The notes: generated from the sequence alone by a model not told the origin. 51,492 nt of DNA from Pseudomonas synxantha (GCA_945874835.1 CAMCJM010000001.1:1-51492), one strand, 5' to 3'. Shown: positions 41,118 through 51,217, counted from the first letter of the stretch. Numbers and translations are program-made.

Positions 41118-42152
41118 ATGAGCACTACCCCCTTCAGCCTGGCCTTTGGCGTTGGCACTCAAAACCGTCAGGGCACTTGGCTGGAAGTCTTCTACGCACA
41201 ACCTCTGCTTAACCCAGCCAGCGAGCTGGTGGCCAAAGTGGTGGAAAAGCTCGGCTACCAAGGCGGCAACCAAGCCATCGCCATCACCACCAACCAGGCA
41301 GGTGATCTGGCCGAAGCGCTCAAGCATATCGACAGCGCCCAAGCCGCCCTACTGACTCGCCTGGCCGAAAGCCAGAAGCCGCTGGTGGTCACCCTGCTGG
41401 CCGAAGACGCCGCCTTGACCAGCCCCCCTGAGGCCTACCTGAAACTGCACCTGCTGTCGCACCGTTTGGTGAAGCCGCATGGCCTGAACCTCAGCGGTAT
41501 TTTCCCGCTGCTGCCGAACGTGGCCTGGACCAGCCAAGGCGCAGTCGATTTGGCCGAACTGGCTGAGCGTCAACTGGAAGCGCGCCTCAAAGGCGAACTG
41601 CTGGAAGTGTTCTCGGTCGACAAGTTCCCGAAAATGACCGACTACGTGGTGCCGAGCGGCGTGCGTATCGCTGACAGCGCGCGTATTCGCCTCGGCGCAT
41701 ACGTGGGCGAAGGCACCACAGTGATGCACGAAGGGTTCGTCAATTTCAACGCGGGCACCGCTGGCCCCGGCATGATCGAAGGCCGTGTGTCGGCAGGCGT
41801 GTTCGTTGGCAAAGGGTCGGACCTGGGCGGCGGCTGCTCGACCATGGGCACCTTGTCCGGCGGCGGCAATATCGTGATTTCAGTCGGCGAAGGCTGCCTT
41901 ATCGGCGCCAACGCTGGCATCGGCATTCCGTTGGGCGACCGCAACACCGTGGAATCCGGTCTGTACATCACCGCCGGTACCAAGGTGGCGCTGCTTGATG
42001 CCGACAACCAACTGGTCAAGGTGCTCAAAGCCCGCGACCTGGCTGGCCAGCCAGACTTGCTGTTCCGTCGCAACTCGCAAACCGGCGCTGTGGAGTGCAA
42101 AACCCACAAGTCGGCGATTGAGTTGAACGAAGCCCTGCACGCGCACAATTGA
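41118..42152 (+). CDS. dapD: Tetrahydrodipicolinate N-succinyltransferase
   Basis: Motifs EAYLKLHLLSHR, VDKFPKM and EGFVNFNAG. Confidence 0.96.
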   Translation: MSTTPFSLAFGVGTQNRQGTWLEVFYAQPLLNPASELVAKVVEKLGYQGGNQAIAITTNQAGDLAEALKHIDSAQAALLTRLAESQKPLVVTLLAEDAALTSPPEAYLKLHLLSHRLVKPHGLNLSGIFPLLPNVAWTSQGAVDLAELAERQLEARLKGELLEVFSVDKFPKMTDYVVPSGVRIADSARIRLGAYVGEGTTVMHEGFVNFNAGTAGPGMIEGRVSAGVFVGKGSDLGGGCSTMGTLSGGGNIVISVGEGCLIGANAGIGIPLGDRNTVESGLYITAGTKVALLDADNQLVKVLKARDLAGQPDLLFRRNSQTGAVECKTHKSAIELNEALHAHN

Positions 42153-42167
42153 CCCCGCGCAACGCCT

Positions 42168-42225
42168 GTAGGAGGGGCTTTAGCCGCGACCGGCTGTTAT
42201 CAGTCGCGGCTAAAGCCCCTCCCAC
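42168..42225. repeat. GTAG-type REP doublet (REPIN-like)
   Basis: GTAGGAGGGGCTTTAGCCGCGAC (42168-42190) and its inverted copy (42203-42225), with one mismatch. Confidence 0.85.
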
Positions 42226-42257
42226 GCCTTAGAACACCCTGCAGCCTTGAGGCCCCT

Positions 42258-43463
42258 ATGTCTCTGACATCCCCCTGGCGCGCTGACTTCCCCGGCATTC
42301 TGGCCCTTGCGGCCGAAGGCCAGACCTACCTGGACAGCGCCGCCACCGCGCAAAAACCTCAGGCCATGCTCAATGCCCTGCTCGGCTATTACGCCAGCGG
42401 CGCGGCCAATGTGCACCGCGCCCAGCACGTGCCGGGCGAACGGGCCACCCGTGCCTTTGAAGCCACGCGAGAGAAAGCCGCGCGCTGGCTGAATGCCGCC
42501 GACGCGCAGCAGATCGTCTTCACTCGCAGCGCCACCGAGGCGCTCAATCTGCTGGCCTATGGCCTGGAACAGCGCTTCATTGCGGGTGACGAAATCGTCA
42601 TCAGCGCGCTGGAACATCACGCCAACCTGCTGCCGTGGCAACAACTGGCGCAGCGTCGCCAACTCAAGTTGGTGGTGCTGCCGCTCGATGCGCATGGCTT
42701 GATCGACCTCAGCCAAGCGGCGCAATTAATCGGCCCGCGCACCCGGCTGCTGGCTGTTAGCCAGCTGTCCAACGTGCTCGGTTGCTGGCAACCGCTTGAG
42801 CCGCTACTAGCCCTGGCTCAGGCGCAGGGCGCGCTGACAGTGGTCGATGGCAGCCAGGGTGTGGTGCACGGCCGCACGGATGTGCAGGCGCTCAGTTGTG
42901 ATTTTTATATCTGCTCCAGCCACAAACTCTATGGCCCGGACGGCGTAGGCCTGCTCTATGGTCGCCCGCAGGCACTTGAGCAACTGGCGCACTGGCAGTT
43001 TGGCGGCGAAATGCTGCTGCACACCGACTATGCCAACGCCCGCTTTCGCCCCGCGCCATTGGGCTTTGAAGCGGGCACACCGCCGATTGCCTCGGTCATC
43101 GCACTGGGGGCCAGCCTGGATTACCTAGGCAGTCTCGATGCGGCGGCTGTAAGCGCCCACGAAGCAGCCCTGCATGCCGAGCTACTTAGCGGCTTGCGGC
43201 AGCGCCAAGTCCTGCGTTTACTCGGGACGCCCAGCGTGGCCTTGGCCAGTTTTGTGGTCGAGGGCGTGCACCATGCCGACCTCGCTCACCTACTGAGCGA
43301 ACAAGGCCTTGCCGTGCGCGCAGGCCACCACTGCGCCATGCCGCTGCTGCAAGGACTTGGCCTGAGTGGTGCGGTTCGTGTATCGCTGGGGCTGTATAAC
43401 GATGGCGCAGATCTGCAGCGCTTCTTCAACGCATTGGATCAAGCCCTGGAGTTGCTGCTATGA
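42258..43463 (+). CDS. csdA: Group II cysteine desulfurase (CsdA/SufS family)
   Basis: Motifs YLDSAATAQKP, SSHK (PLP Lys) and RAGHHCA. Confidence 0.9.
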   Translation: MSLTSPWRADFPGILALAAEGQTYLDSAATAQKPQAMLNALLGYYASGAANVHRAQHVPGERATRAFEATREKAARWLNAADAQQIVFTRSATEALNLLAYGLEQRFIAGDEIVISALEHHANLLPWQQLAQRRQLKLVVLPLDAHGLIDLSQAAQLIGPRTRLLAVSQLSNVLGCWQPLEPLLALAQAQGALTVVDGSQGVVHGRTDVQALSCDFYICSSHKLYGPDGVGLLYGRPQALEQLAHWQFGGEMLLHTDYANARFRPAPLGFEAGTPPIASVIALGASLDYLGSLDAAAVSAHEAALHAELLSGLRQRQVLRLLGTPSVALASFVVEGVHHADLAHLLSEQGLAVRAGHHCAMPLLQGLGLSGAVRVSLGLYNDGADLQRFFNALDQALELLL

Positions 43464-43876
43464 GCTTACCGACGGCCGCCAGCGAAGCCCTGCAAGCCTT
43501 CGCCGCATGCCCTAGCTGGGACCAGCGCGCGCGTTTGCAGATGCAGTGGGGAGAACGACTTGAACCATTGAGTGCCGAGCAATGCTGCAGCGAGCATCTG
43601 GTAGCTGGCTGCGCCAGCCAAGTGTGGCTGCTCGGCCAGCAGCATGAAGGCCATTGGTACTTTCAGGCCAGCAGCGACGCCCGCTTGCTGCGCGGCCTAC
43701 TGGCGCTGCTGCTAGCACGGGTCAATGGCCTGTCGAGCGAGGAGTTGGCCGCCGCTGATCTGCTCGACTGGTTTAGCCAACTGGGCCTAGGCCGCCAGCT
43801 CTCACCCTCGCGCAGCAATGGCCTGAACGCCGTACTGCAGCGCATGCGCGCGGTCAGCCTGGGAGAGCGTGCTTAG
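43460..43876 (+). CDS. csdE: SufE/CsdE sulfur acceptor
   Basis: Motifs VAGCASQVW and LSPSRSNGL; overlaps the csdA stop. Confidence 0.9.
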   Translation: MSLPTAASEALQAFAACPSWDQRARLQMQWGERLEPLSAEQCCSEHLVAGCASQVWLLGQQHEGHWYFQASSDARLLRGLLALLLARVNGLSSEELAAADLLDWFSQLGLGRQLSPSRSNGLNAVLQRMRAVSLGERA

Positions 43877-44667
43877 AGGCGCGGCTCCCAAGCCGCAGCT
43901 TCGCCACGCTCCAGCGCCTCCTGCAAGCGCTGTAATTCGCCATTCTCCTGCAAAGGCCGTAAGGCGGCATCGAAAGCCTGGCGCAACTGTTCACCGCTCG
44001 CGTCCTTGCGAAACAGCAGGCCCATTTGCTCACGGCTCACTGGTTTCGGGTCATGAACGATCCGCTGCTGCTCTTCAGCAGTGAACAGGCGCCGTAACAT
44101 GGCATAACCCACCGCCCGATCCTGCAAATGCACATCCACCCGACCAGCCAACAGCAAGCGCATGCCAGCATCCTCCTTGCTACTTTCCTGAATATTCAGG
44201 GCCAGGCTTTGCCGCGCCGCATCAAAGCTCGGCCCATAGGAGTAGCCCTTAGTAAGCGCGATCGTATAGGCCTCAAAGTCACTGAACTGTTGCCAGCTAA
44301 AGGCTTTGTCGCGCAAATGAAAAACCACCGCCTCGGAGCGCAGCAGTGGCGCAGAGCAAAGGCTGAACTGCTGCCGCTCTGGGTTGCAGATATACGGCAT
44401 CAGCGCATCCAACTCGCCAGTCTTAAGCAAATGAACGCCACGCACCCAAGGATAGTAATGATATTCAACCCGGTAACCGGCGCGACTGAACACCTCCGTG
44501 ATCAACCGACCAAGCGGCCCGGCATCGGCGCGCTGCTGCTCAACGTAGGGCGTCCACTCGCCCGTACCAATGCGCACCAATTGTTCGGCCTGGACCTGCG
44601 TCCCGAGGAGCAGTAAAAGCCCTGCGCCCCACCTCATACAACGCAGCCAACTGATAACCGCAAGCAT
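43873..44667 (-). CDS. Orphan periplasmic solute-binding protein (family 3-like)
   Basis: Signal peptide ..VQA and motifs GEWTPY, YPWVRG, GYSYG and LLAGRVD. Start chosen from a GGAG RBS and is uncertain. Confidence 0.8.
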   Translation of the reverse strand: MLAVISWLRCMRWGAGLLLLLGTQVQAEQLVRIGTGEWTPYVEQQRADAGPLGRLITEVFSRAGYRVEYHYYPWVRGVHLLKTGELDALMPYICNPERQQFSLCSAPLLRSEAVVFHLRDKAFSWQQFSDFEAYTIALTKGYSYGPSFDAARQSLALNIQESSKEDAGMRLLLAGRVDVHLQDRAVGYAMLRRLFTAEEQQRIVHDPKPVSREQMGLLFRKDASGEQLRQAFDAALRPLQENGELQRLQEALERGEAAAWEPRL

Positions 44668-44797
44668 TGCCAACACTCCGCACTACCTAAAGCAACTACA
44701 GCGCAGCGTACAAGAGCATAAACTGCGGCTTCAACGCTCGACTACAGATAAGAGTTTAGGCCGGAATCACCAGCTGCCAATACCGCCTGGCGGCAAC

Positions 44798-45622
44798 TCA
44801 CAAGGACTCGGCAGTCAACGAACTGCCCCGCTCGGAGGGCCGCCGTGTACCGGCCACCAACCGATCCACGGCCTTGGCCGCGGCGACCATGCCGAACGTG
44901 GCAGTCACCATCATCACCGCGCCAATCCCACCCGAGCAGTCCAGGCGCACACTCTTGCCGTCAAAACGCTTTTGCAAACAGATGCTGCCGTCCTCCTTGG
45001 GGTAACGCAGTTGTTCGTTGGAGAACACGCACGGCACGCTGTAATTACGCCCTGGCGTGCGGGAAAAACCATAGTCACGGCGCAGGGTCGAACGCACCTT
45101 GGACGCCAGCGGGTCGTTCCAGGTTTTGTTCAGATCAGCCACCTGGATTTGCGTGGGATCGATCTGCCCACCCGCACCGCCCGTGGTAATAATCTGAATC
45201 TTGCGCCGCTTGCACCAGGCGATCAGCGCCGCCTTGGAGTTGACGCTGTCGATGCAGTCAATCACCGCATCCAGTTGCTCGGTGATGAACTGCGCCATGG
45301 TCTCGCGGGTGACAAAATCAGCCACCGCATGCACCACGCAGGCCGGGTTAATGGCGCGAATACGCTCAGCCATGACTTCAACCTTGGGCCGCCCGACGGT
45401 TGCACCCAACGCGTGCAATTGGCGGTTACTGTTGCTGAGGCAGACATCGTCCAGATCAAACAGGGAGATTTCGCCGACACCACTGCGCGCCAGTGCCTCG
45501 GCCACCCAAGACCCCACGCCGCCAATACCAACCACTGCCACATGTGCAGCCACCAGGCGTTCAGCACCTTGACGGCCATACAAGCGGGCTATTCCGGCAA
45601 AGCGTTGTTCGTCCACAGGCAT
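44798..45622 (-). CDS. tcdA: tRNA cyclic N6-threonylcarbamoyladenosine synthase
   Basis: ThiF/E1-like motifs GIGGVG, SNSNRQ, DCID and DPLASKVR; adjacent to csdAE. Confidence 0.93.
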   Translation of the reverse strand: MPVDEQRFAGIARLYGRQGAERLVAAHVAVVGIGGVGSWVAEALARSGVGEISLFDLDDVCLSNSNRQLHALGATVGRPKVEVMAERIRAINPACVVHAVADFVTRETMAQFITEQLDAVIDCIDSVNSKAALIAWCKRRKIQIITTGGAGGQIDPTQIQVADLNKTWNDPLASKVRSTLRRDYGFSRTPGRNYSVPCVFSNEQLRYPKEDGSICLQKRFDGKSVRLDCSGGIGAVMMVTATFGMVAAAKAVDRLVAGTRRPSERGSSLTAESL

Positions 45623-45653
45623 TTATCTCTCTCACAGGCGGCAAGCGGCGCGC

Positions 45654-45683
45654 ATTATAAAGAGGCGAGCCGCCTGCGCCCAA
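45654..45683 (-). promoter_or_regulatory. Putative tcdA promoter
   Basis: TTGGGC-N18-TATAAT followed by GCGCGCC. Confidence 0.5.
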
Positions 45684-45876
45684 GCCTTGTATTGCACGGC
45701 CCAGTGCTGCCCCGATGAACTGCGATGACCAATAGCCATAAACCAGGCCTATTCAGGCAAAAACAACGCCTTCAACATGGCGCTTGGGGCAGGCTATACA
45801 GGCTCTTGGCGGGGGCGTAGCATGCGCAACCCGACGCTCGTAGACCTCTATTGCCCCTCGCTGGACCTAACCCACC

Positions 45877-48474
45877 ATGCCTTCGCGTAAGTTTGGACTG
45901 AACCTGGTCATCTTCCTGGCAATTGCTGCCTTTTTCACCTGTATATGGGCGCTGCAAAACCGCCCGGTCAGTGCGCCAGATTGGCCGGAACAGATTTCCG
46001 GATTTTCATTTTCTCCATTTCGCGTCGGACAAAGCCCGCAGCAAGGCATTTATCCCAGTGATGCACAGATACGCGAGGACTTAGAGCTTTTAAGCACCCA
46101 CACCGACAACATACGGACCTATTCAGTAGACGGTGCACTGGCCAATATCCCTGCACTGGCCGAGGAATTTGGCCTGCGTGTCACCCTCGGTATCTGGATC
46201 AGCCTGGATTTGGAGCGTAATGAGCGAGAAATTGCCAAAGCCATTGAAATCGCCAACAACTCTCGCAGCGTAGTGCGTGTAGTGGTCGGCAACGAAGCCC
46301 TGTTCCGCACCGAGGTCACGCCAGAAGCGCTGATCGGCTACATAGAGCGCGTGGCGTTCGCCGTTAAAGTTCCGGTTACCACCTCGGAACAGTGGCACAT
46401 CTGGCAGGAGTATCCGCAACTCGGTCAGCACGTTGACCTGATCGCGGCCCACGTACTGCCCTACTGGGAGTTCGTGCCGATGGAGAACTCCACCGAGTTT
46501 GTCCTGGAGCGCGCCAAGGACATGAAAAAACTCTTCCCGAAAAAACCGCTGCTGCTCTCGGAGGTCGGCTGGCCGAGTAATGGCCGAATGCGTGGCGATG
46601 CTGATGCATCCCAGGCTGACCAGGCCATCTACCTGCGCACCTTGGTTAACACCCTTAACGCCAAGGGCTACAACTACTTCGTGATCGAAGCCTTTGACCA
46701 ACCCTGGAAAGCCAGTGAAGAAGGTGCCGTGGGTGCTTACTGGGGCGTTTACAACCTCGACCGCCAGCCTAAATTCGCTTTTGAGGGGCCGATTATTGCC
46801 ATCCCGCAGTGGCGCTTGCTGGCCATCGCGTCGGTGGTCATGGCCTTGCTCAGCCTGGCGGTGATGCTGACTGACGGCAGCTCGCTGCGCCAGCGTGGCC
46901 GTACCTTCCTGACCATTGTCGCGTTTGCCGGCGGCTCGGCGCTGGTGTGGATTGGCTACGACTACAGCCAGCAATACAGCACCTGGTTCAGCACCCTGGT
47001 CGGCCTGTTGCTCGGCATTGGTGCCTTTGGCGTGTTTATCGTGCTGCTGACCGAGGCTCACGAGCTGGCCGAGACGGCATGGAGCAGTTCACGTCGCAGG
47101 CCGTTCCAGCCCGTCGAGTCTGACAGCGCCTATCGACCCAAGGTGTCGATCCATGTGCCCTGTTACAACGAGCCCCCCGAGATGGTCAAACAGACCCTCG
47201 ACGCCTTGGCTGCGCTGGATTACCCGGATTTCGAAGTCATCATCATCGACAACAACACCCAAGACCCTGCTGTGTGGCAGCCGGTGCAAGCCTATTGCGA
47301 ACAACTCGGCCCGCGCTTTCGCTTCTTCCACGTCGCGCCGCTACACGGTTTCAAAGGCGGCGCACTGAACTACATCCTGCCCTATACCGCGTCAGACGCC
47401 GAAGTGGTGGCAGTGATCGACTCTGATTACTGCGTCGACAAAAACTGGCTCAAACACATGGTGCCGCACTTCATTGATCCCAAGATTGCCGTGGTGCAAT
47501 CGCCGCAGGATTACCGCGACGGCAATGAAAGCGCCTTCAAAAAGCTCTGCTACGCCGAGTACAAAGGCTTCTTCCACATTGGCATGGTGACGCGCAACGA
47601 CCGCAACGCGATTATTCAGCACGGCACCATGACCATGATCCGCCGCTCGGTGATGGACGAGTTGAAGTGGGCCGACTGGACCATCTGCGAAGACGCCGAA
47701 CTCGGCCTGCGTGTGTTCAAGCAAGGCTACACCGCCGCCTATGCTCACCAGAGCTTCGGCCGTGGGCTGATGCCAGACACCTTTATCGACTACAAGAAGC
47801 AGCGCTTCCGCTGGGCCTATGGTGCGATTCAAATTATGAAGGGCCACGCACGCAGCCTGTTTCTTGGCAAAGACAGCGAACTGAAGACAGGTCAGCGCTA
47901 CCACTTTATCGCTGGCTGGCTGCCATGGATCGCTGATGGCCTGAACATCTTCTTTACCGCAGGCGCGCTGCTTTGGTCGGCGGCCATGATCATCGTGCCG
48001 CAACGTGTCGATCCACCGCTGGTGATTTTCGCCATTCCGCCATTGGCGCTGTTCGTCTTCAAACTGGGCAAAATCCTCTTCCTTTACCGCAAAGCCATGG
48101 GGGTTGATCTAGTGCGCTCATCCCAGGCCGCTGTGGCGGGCCTGGCGCTGTCGCACACCATTGCCAAAGCGGTGCTGTACGGCGCGTTCACCAAGACCAT
48201 TCCTTTCTTCCGCACGCCCAAAATGGCCAGCAACCACGGCATTCTGGTGGCGCTGAGCGAGGCGCGTGAGGAAGTTTTCATCATGCTCTTGCTGTGGGGC
48301 TCAGCCCTGGGCATCAGCATGGTGCAAGGCCTGCAGAGCGCGGACGTGAAGTTTTGGGTGGTGATGCTGCTGGTGCAATCCTTGCCCTACCTGGCAGCAC
48401 TGGTCATGGCGCTGTTGTCGTCAATGCCACCGGCCACGGAAAAACCAGCGGAGCACGCTGCGGTCAGCGAATAA
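45877..48474 (+). CDS. ndvB: GH17 + GT2 fusion, NdvB-like periplasmic beta-glucan synthase
   Basis: GH17 motifs (VGNEAL, SEVGWPS, EAFDQPWK) and GT2 motifs (DSD, ICED, QRFRW), with ndvB-dapE-rlmA synteny. Confidence 0.88.
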   Translation: MPSRKFGLNLVIFLAIAAFFTCIWALQNRPVSAPDWPEQISGFSFSPFRVGQSPQQGIYPSDAQIREDLELLSTHTDNIRTYSVDGALANIPALAEEFGLRVTLGIWISLDLERNEREIAKAIEIANNSRSVVRVVVGNEALFRTEVTPEALIGYIERVAFAVKVPVTTSEQWHIWQEYPQLGQHVDLIAAHVLPYWEFVPMENSTEFVLERAKDMKKLFPKKPLLLSEVGWPSNGRMRGDADASQADQAIYLRTLVNTLNAKGYNYFVIEAFDQPWKASEEGAVGAYWGVYNLDRQPKFAFEGPIIAIPQWRLLAIASVVMALLSLAVMLTDGSSLRQRGRTFLTIVAFAGGSALVWIGYDYSQQYSTWFSTLVGLLLGIGAFGVFIVLLTEAHELAETAWSSSRRRPFQPVESDSAYRPKVSIHVPCYNEPPEMVKQTLDALAALDYPDFEVIIIDNNTQDPAVWQPVQAYCEQLGPRFRFFHVAPLHGFKGGALNYILPYTASDAEVVAVIDSDYCVDKNWLKHMVPHFIDPKIAVVQSPQDYRDGNESAFKKLCYAEYKGFFHIGMVTRNDRNAIIQHGTMTMIRRSVMDELKWADWTICEDAELGLRVFKQGYTAAYAHQSFGRGLMPDTFIDYKKQRFRWAYGAIQIMKGHARSLFLGKDSELKTGQRYHFIAGWLPWIADGLNIFFTAGALLWSAAMIIVPQRVDPPLVIFAIPPLALFVFKLGKILFLYRKAMGVDLVRSSQAAVAGLALSHTIAKAVLYGAFTKTIPFFRTPKMASNHGILVALSEAREEVFIMLLLWGSALGISMVQGLQSADVKFWVVMLLVQSLPYLAALVMALLSSMPPATEKPAEHAAVSE

Positions 48475-48494
48475 CGCGCATGTGCGCACGCCAG

Positions 48495-48518
48495 ACGGCG
48501 GCCAATGGTCGCCGTTTT
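48495..48518 (+). terminator. ndvB terminator-like hairpin
   Basis: ACGGCGGCC-AAT-GGTCGCCGT-TTT. Confidence 0.6.
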
Positions 48519-48564
48519 GCTTTAAGATGGCGGCCTTCCCGCTTGACGCTGCCCTGGAGCTGCA

Positions 48565-49719
48565 ATGACTGCCACCGCCACGCCCCTCTCCCCGACGCTG
48601 GAGCTTGCCTGCGCGTTGATTCGTCGCCCGTCCGTCACCCCGCTCGATGAAGGGTGCCAGGAGCAGATGATGCGTCGCCTGGCGGCCTGCGGCTTCACCC
48701 TTGAGCCCATGCGTATCGAGGACGTGGACAACTTCTGGGCTACTCACGGCGGCACTGAAGGCCCGGTGCTGTGCTTTGCCGGACACACCGACGTAGTTCC
48801 CACCGGCCCACGCGAAAAGTGGCAACACCAGCCCTTCAATGCCCTGATCGATGAACACGGCATGCTGTGCGGCCGTGGTGCCGCGGACATGAAAGGCAGC
48901 TTGGCGTCGATGATCATCGCCGCTGAGCGCTTCGTCGCCGAGTTCCCGAATCATAAAGGGCGCATCACCTTTCTGATCACCAGCGACGAAGAAGGCCCGG
49001 CCCATCACGGCACCAAAGCCGTAGTCGAGCGCCTGCGCGCCCGCAATGAGCGCCTCGACTGGTGCATCGTCGGTGAACCCTCCAGCACCACCCTGGTCGG
49101 CGATGTGGTGAAGAACGGTCGCCGCGGCTCACTCGGCTGCACCCTCACCGTACGCGGCAAGCAAGGCCATGTCGCCTACCCGCACCTAGCACGCAACCCG
49201 ATTCACCTGGCAGCGCCAGCCCTGGCCGAACTGGCCGCCGAGCATTGGGATGACGGCAACGCCTTCTTCCCGCCCACCAGCTTTCAGATCTCCAACCTGA
49301 ATGCCGGCACCGGCGCGACCAATGTGATTCCGGGTGAGCTGAAGGCCATCTTCAACTTCCGCTTCTCAACCGAATCAACAGTCGAAGGCCTGCAACAACG
49401 TGCCGAGGCCATCCTTAACAAACACGGCCTGGATTTCGAGCTGGACTGGGCGCTGTCCGGCCTGCCCTTCCTCACCGAGCCGGGCGCACTGCTCGACGCC
49501 GTGGCGGCCAGCATCAAGTCGGTAACCGGCCGCGAGACCAAACCCTCGACCAGCGGCGGCACCTCAGATGGCCGCTTTATCGCCACCCTCGGCACCCAAG
49601 TGGTCGAACTCGGCCCGGTCAACGCCACCATCCACCAAGTCGACGAGCGCGTTCTGGCCAGCGACCTAGATGTTCTGACCGAGATCTACTATCAGACTCT
49701 GGTCAATTTGCTCGCATGA
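48565..49719 (+). CDS. dapE: Succinyl-diaminopimelate desuccinylase
   Basis: Motifs [20 protein letters not shown] and GGTSDGRF. Confidence 0.98.
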   Translation: MTATATPLSPTLELACALIRRPSVTPLDEGCQEQMMRRLAACGFTLEPMRIEDVDNFWATHGGTEGPVLCFAGHTDVVPTGPREKWQHQPFNALIDEHGMLCGRGAADMKGSLASMIIAAERFVAEFPNHKGRITFLITSDEEGPAHHGTKAVVERLRARNERLDWCIVGEPSSTTLVGDVVKNGRRGSLGCTLTVRGKQGHVAYPHLARNPIHLAAPALAELAAEHWDDGNAFFPPTSFQISNLNAGTGATNVIPGELKAIFNFRFSTESTVEGLQQRAEAILNKHGLDFELDWALSGLPFLTEPGALLDAVAASIKSVTGRETKPSTSGGTSDGRFIATLGTQVVELGPVNATIHQVDERVLASDLDVLTEIYYQTLVNLLA

Positions 49720-50522
49720 GTCTGATCTGCCCCATCTGCCAAGCTCCGCTGCACAGCCTCGACAACGGCGTGGCCTGCCCGGCTAATCACCGCTTTGACC
49801 GTGCGCGCCAGGGCTATCTGAACCTGCTGCCCGTGCAGCACAAAAACAGCCGCGACCCGGGCGATAACGCCGCCATGGTCGAAGCCCGCCGGCGCTTTCT
49901 CGACGGTGGCCATTACGCACCGCTGGCCAAGCGTCTGGCCGAACTGGCAGCCAGCTACAACCCGGCGCGCTGGCTGGATATCGGTTGCGGTGAGGGCTAC
50001 TACACCACGCAGATCGCCGATGCCCTGCCGCAAGCCGACGGCTACGCCCTGGACATCTCCCGTGAAGCAGTCAAACGCGCCTGCAAACGTGCACCCCAGC
50101 TCAACTGGCTGGTAGCGAGCATGGCCCGCATGCCGTTGAGTGACGCCAGCTGCCAACTGCTGGCCAGCGTGTTCAGCCCGCTGGACTGGCAAGAAGCCAA
50201 ACGCCTGCTCAGCCCCGGTGGCGGCCTGCTGCGCATGGGACCAACCCGCGAGCACCTGATGGAATTGCGCCAAAAACTGTATGACGATGTGCGCGACTAT
50301 GATGATCAAAAACATCTGGAGCTGATTCCGCACGGCATGCGCCTGGCCCATAGCGAAACCCTGACCTTCAACCTGAAGCTGACCTGCAGCCAGGCACGCG
50401 CTGACTTACTGGCGATGACGCCGCACGGCTGGCGCGCCAGTGCCGAAAAACGCGCAGCCGTAATCGCCGAAGACTTCGACGTGACGGTGGCCATCCGCTA
50501 CGACTGGATCGAGAAATCATGA
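49716..50522 (+). CDS. rlmA: RlmA-like SAM-dependent RNA methyltransferase
   Basis: N-terminal zinc finger CPIC..C..H, GYLNLL and [10 protein letters not shown]. Confidence 0.8.
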   Translation: MSLICPICQAPLHSLDNGVACPANHRFDRARQGYLNLLPVQHKNSRDPGDNAAMVEARRRFLDGGHYAPLAKRLAELAASYNPARWLDIGCGEGYYTTQIADALPQADGYALDISREAVKRACKRAPQLNWLVASMARMPLSDASCQLLASVFSPLDWQEAKRLLSPGGGLLRMGPTREHLMELRQKLYDDVRDYDDQKHLELIPHGMRLAHSETLTFNLKLTCSQARADLLAMTPHGWRASAEKRAAVIAEDFDVTVAIRYDWIEKS

Positions 50523-50896
50523 CCATGCGCCAACCCGACATTGAGATTTACCTGAAAGACGCCGACCACACCGCCATCGGCGAATGGCTCAGCAACGCAC
50601 TGGGCACCTGCACGCCCTGGCAGCAAAAAGGTCAGACGTACAAATGCAAAGCCGGCGACGTACCCGTCACCTGGCTGCCCAAGGCCGTCGGCAAATGGCA
50701 CAGCCTGCTACTGGAAAGCGACACCACGCCCTGGGCAGACGACCTCGCCTGCGCCCAAGCCGCCTTCGCCGCACTGAACGTCGAAGTGCGCTGCGCACCG
50801 GGCGGCTGGCAAGAAGAAGAAAGCGACGAACAAGCCGACCGCTGGATGCGCATCAGCACCGATGGCGTAGAAGAGATCACCTGGCGCACGGCTTAA
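50519..50896 (+). CDS. Conserved hypothetical protein
   Basis: Coupled to the rlmA-like gene (ATGA overlap) with host-like codon usage. MRQPDIEIYLK resembles the ORF I recall at this Pseudomonas locus. Confidence 0.85.
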   Translation: MTMRQPDIEIYLKDADHTAIGEWLSNALGTCTPWQQKGQTYKCKAGDVPVTWLPKAVGKWHSLLLESDTTPWADDLACAQAAFAALNVEVRCAPGGWQEEESDEQADRWMRISTDGVEEITWRTA

Positions 50897-51025
50897 GCCT
50901 GCATAACACGGCGCAACCCACAGCGCATCCGCACCAGCCGCGCATAACGCGTGCTTTGGCCATCGGTGGCCAGGCAATTAATTGGTAAGCGTTTGATCAC
51001 GCGAAGAAATTTTCTGCAGCAAGGG

Positions 51026-51061
51026 TTGACACACCCACCCAATACGCGAATAATTCGCGCC
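51026..51061 (+). promoter_or_regulatory. Stable-RNA-type sigma70 promoter
   Basis: TTGACA-N17-AATAAT with the GC-rich discriminator TCGCGCC. Confidence 0.8.
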
Positions 51062-51066
51062 ACATC

Positions 51067-51143
51067 GGCTACGTAGCTCAGTTGGTTAGAGCATAGCATT
51101 CATAATGCTGGGGTCCGGGGTTCAAGTCCCTGCGTAGCCACCA
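51067..51143 (+). tRNA. tRNA-Met (CAT), elongator type
   Basis: 77-nt cloverleaf with acceptor GGCTACG/CGTAGCC, anticodon CAT at 51101-51103, GGTTCAAGTCC T-arm and encoded CCA. Confidence 0.96.
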
Positions 51144-51151
51144 AACAAAAC

Positions 51152-51181
51152 AAGGGTTTAGCGAAAGCTAAGCCCTTTTTT
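51152..51181 (+). terminator. tRNA-Met terminator, possibly bidirectional
   Basis: AAGGGTTTAGC-GAAA-GCTAAGCCCTT-TTTT with an A-rich 5' flank. Confidence 0.85.
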
Positions 51182-51191
51182 GTTTGCGCGA

Positions 51192-51210
51192 GTGACTACA
51201 GCGTGACTAC
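51192..51210. repeat. GTGACTAC direct repeats (possible integrase arm-type sites)
   Basis: Two exact 8-mers at an 11-bp period, about 50 bp downstream of the tRNA. Confidence 0.5.
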
Positions 51211-51217
51211 CACGCTT

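Noticed and set aside
51067-51143. CAT-anticodon tRNA as initiator fMet or as Ile2 (the TilS substrate)
   Set aside because: It has a G1-C72 pair and lacks three consecutive G-C pairs in the anticodon stem, so it is not fMet. The GGCTACG acceptor stem matches elongator Met rather than Ile2, from recall.
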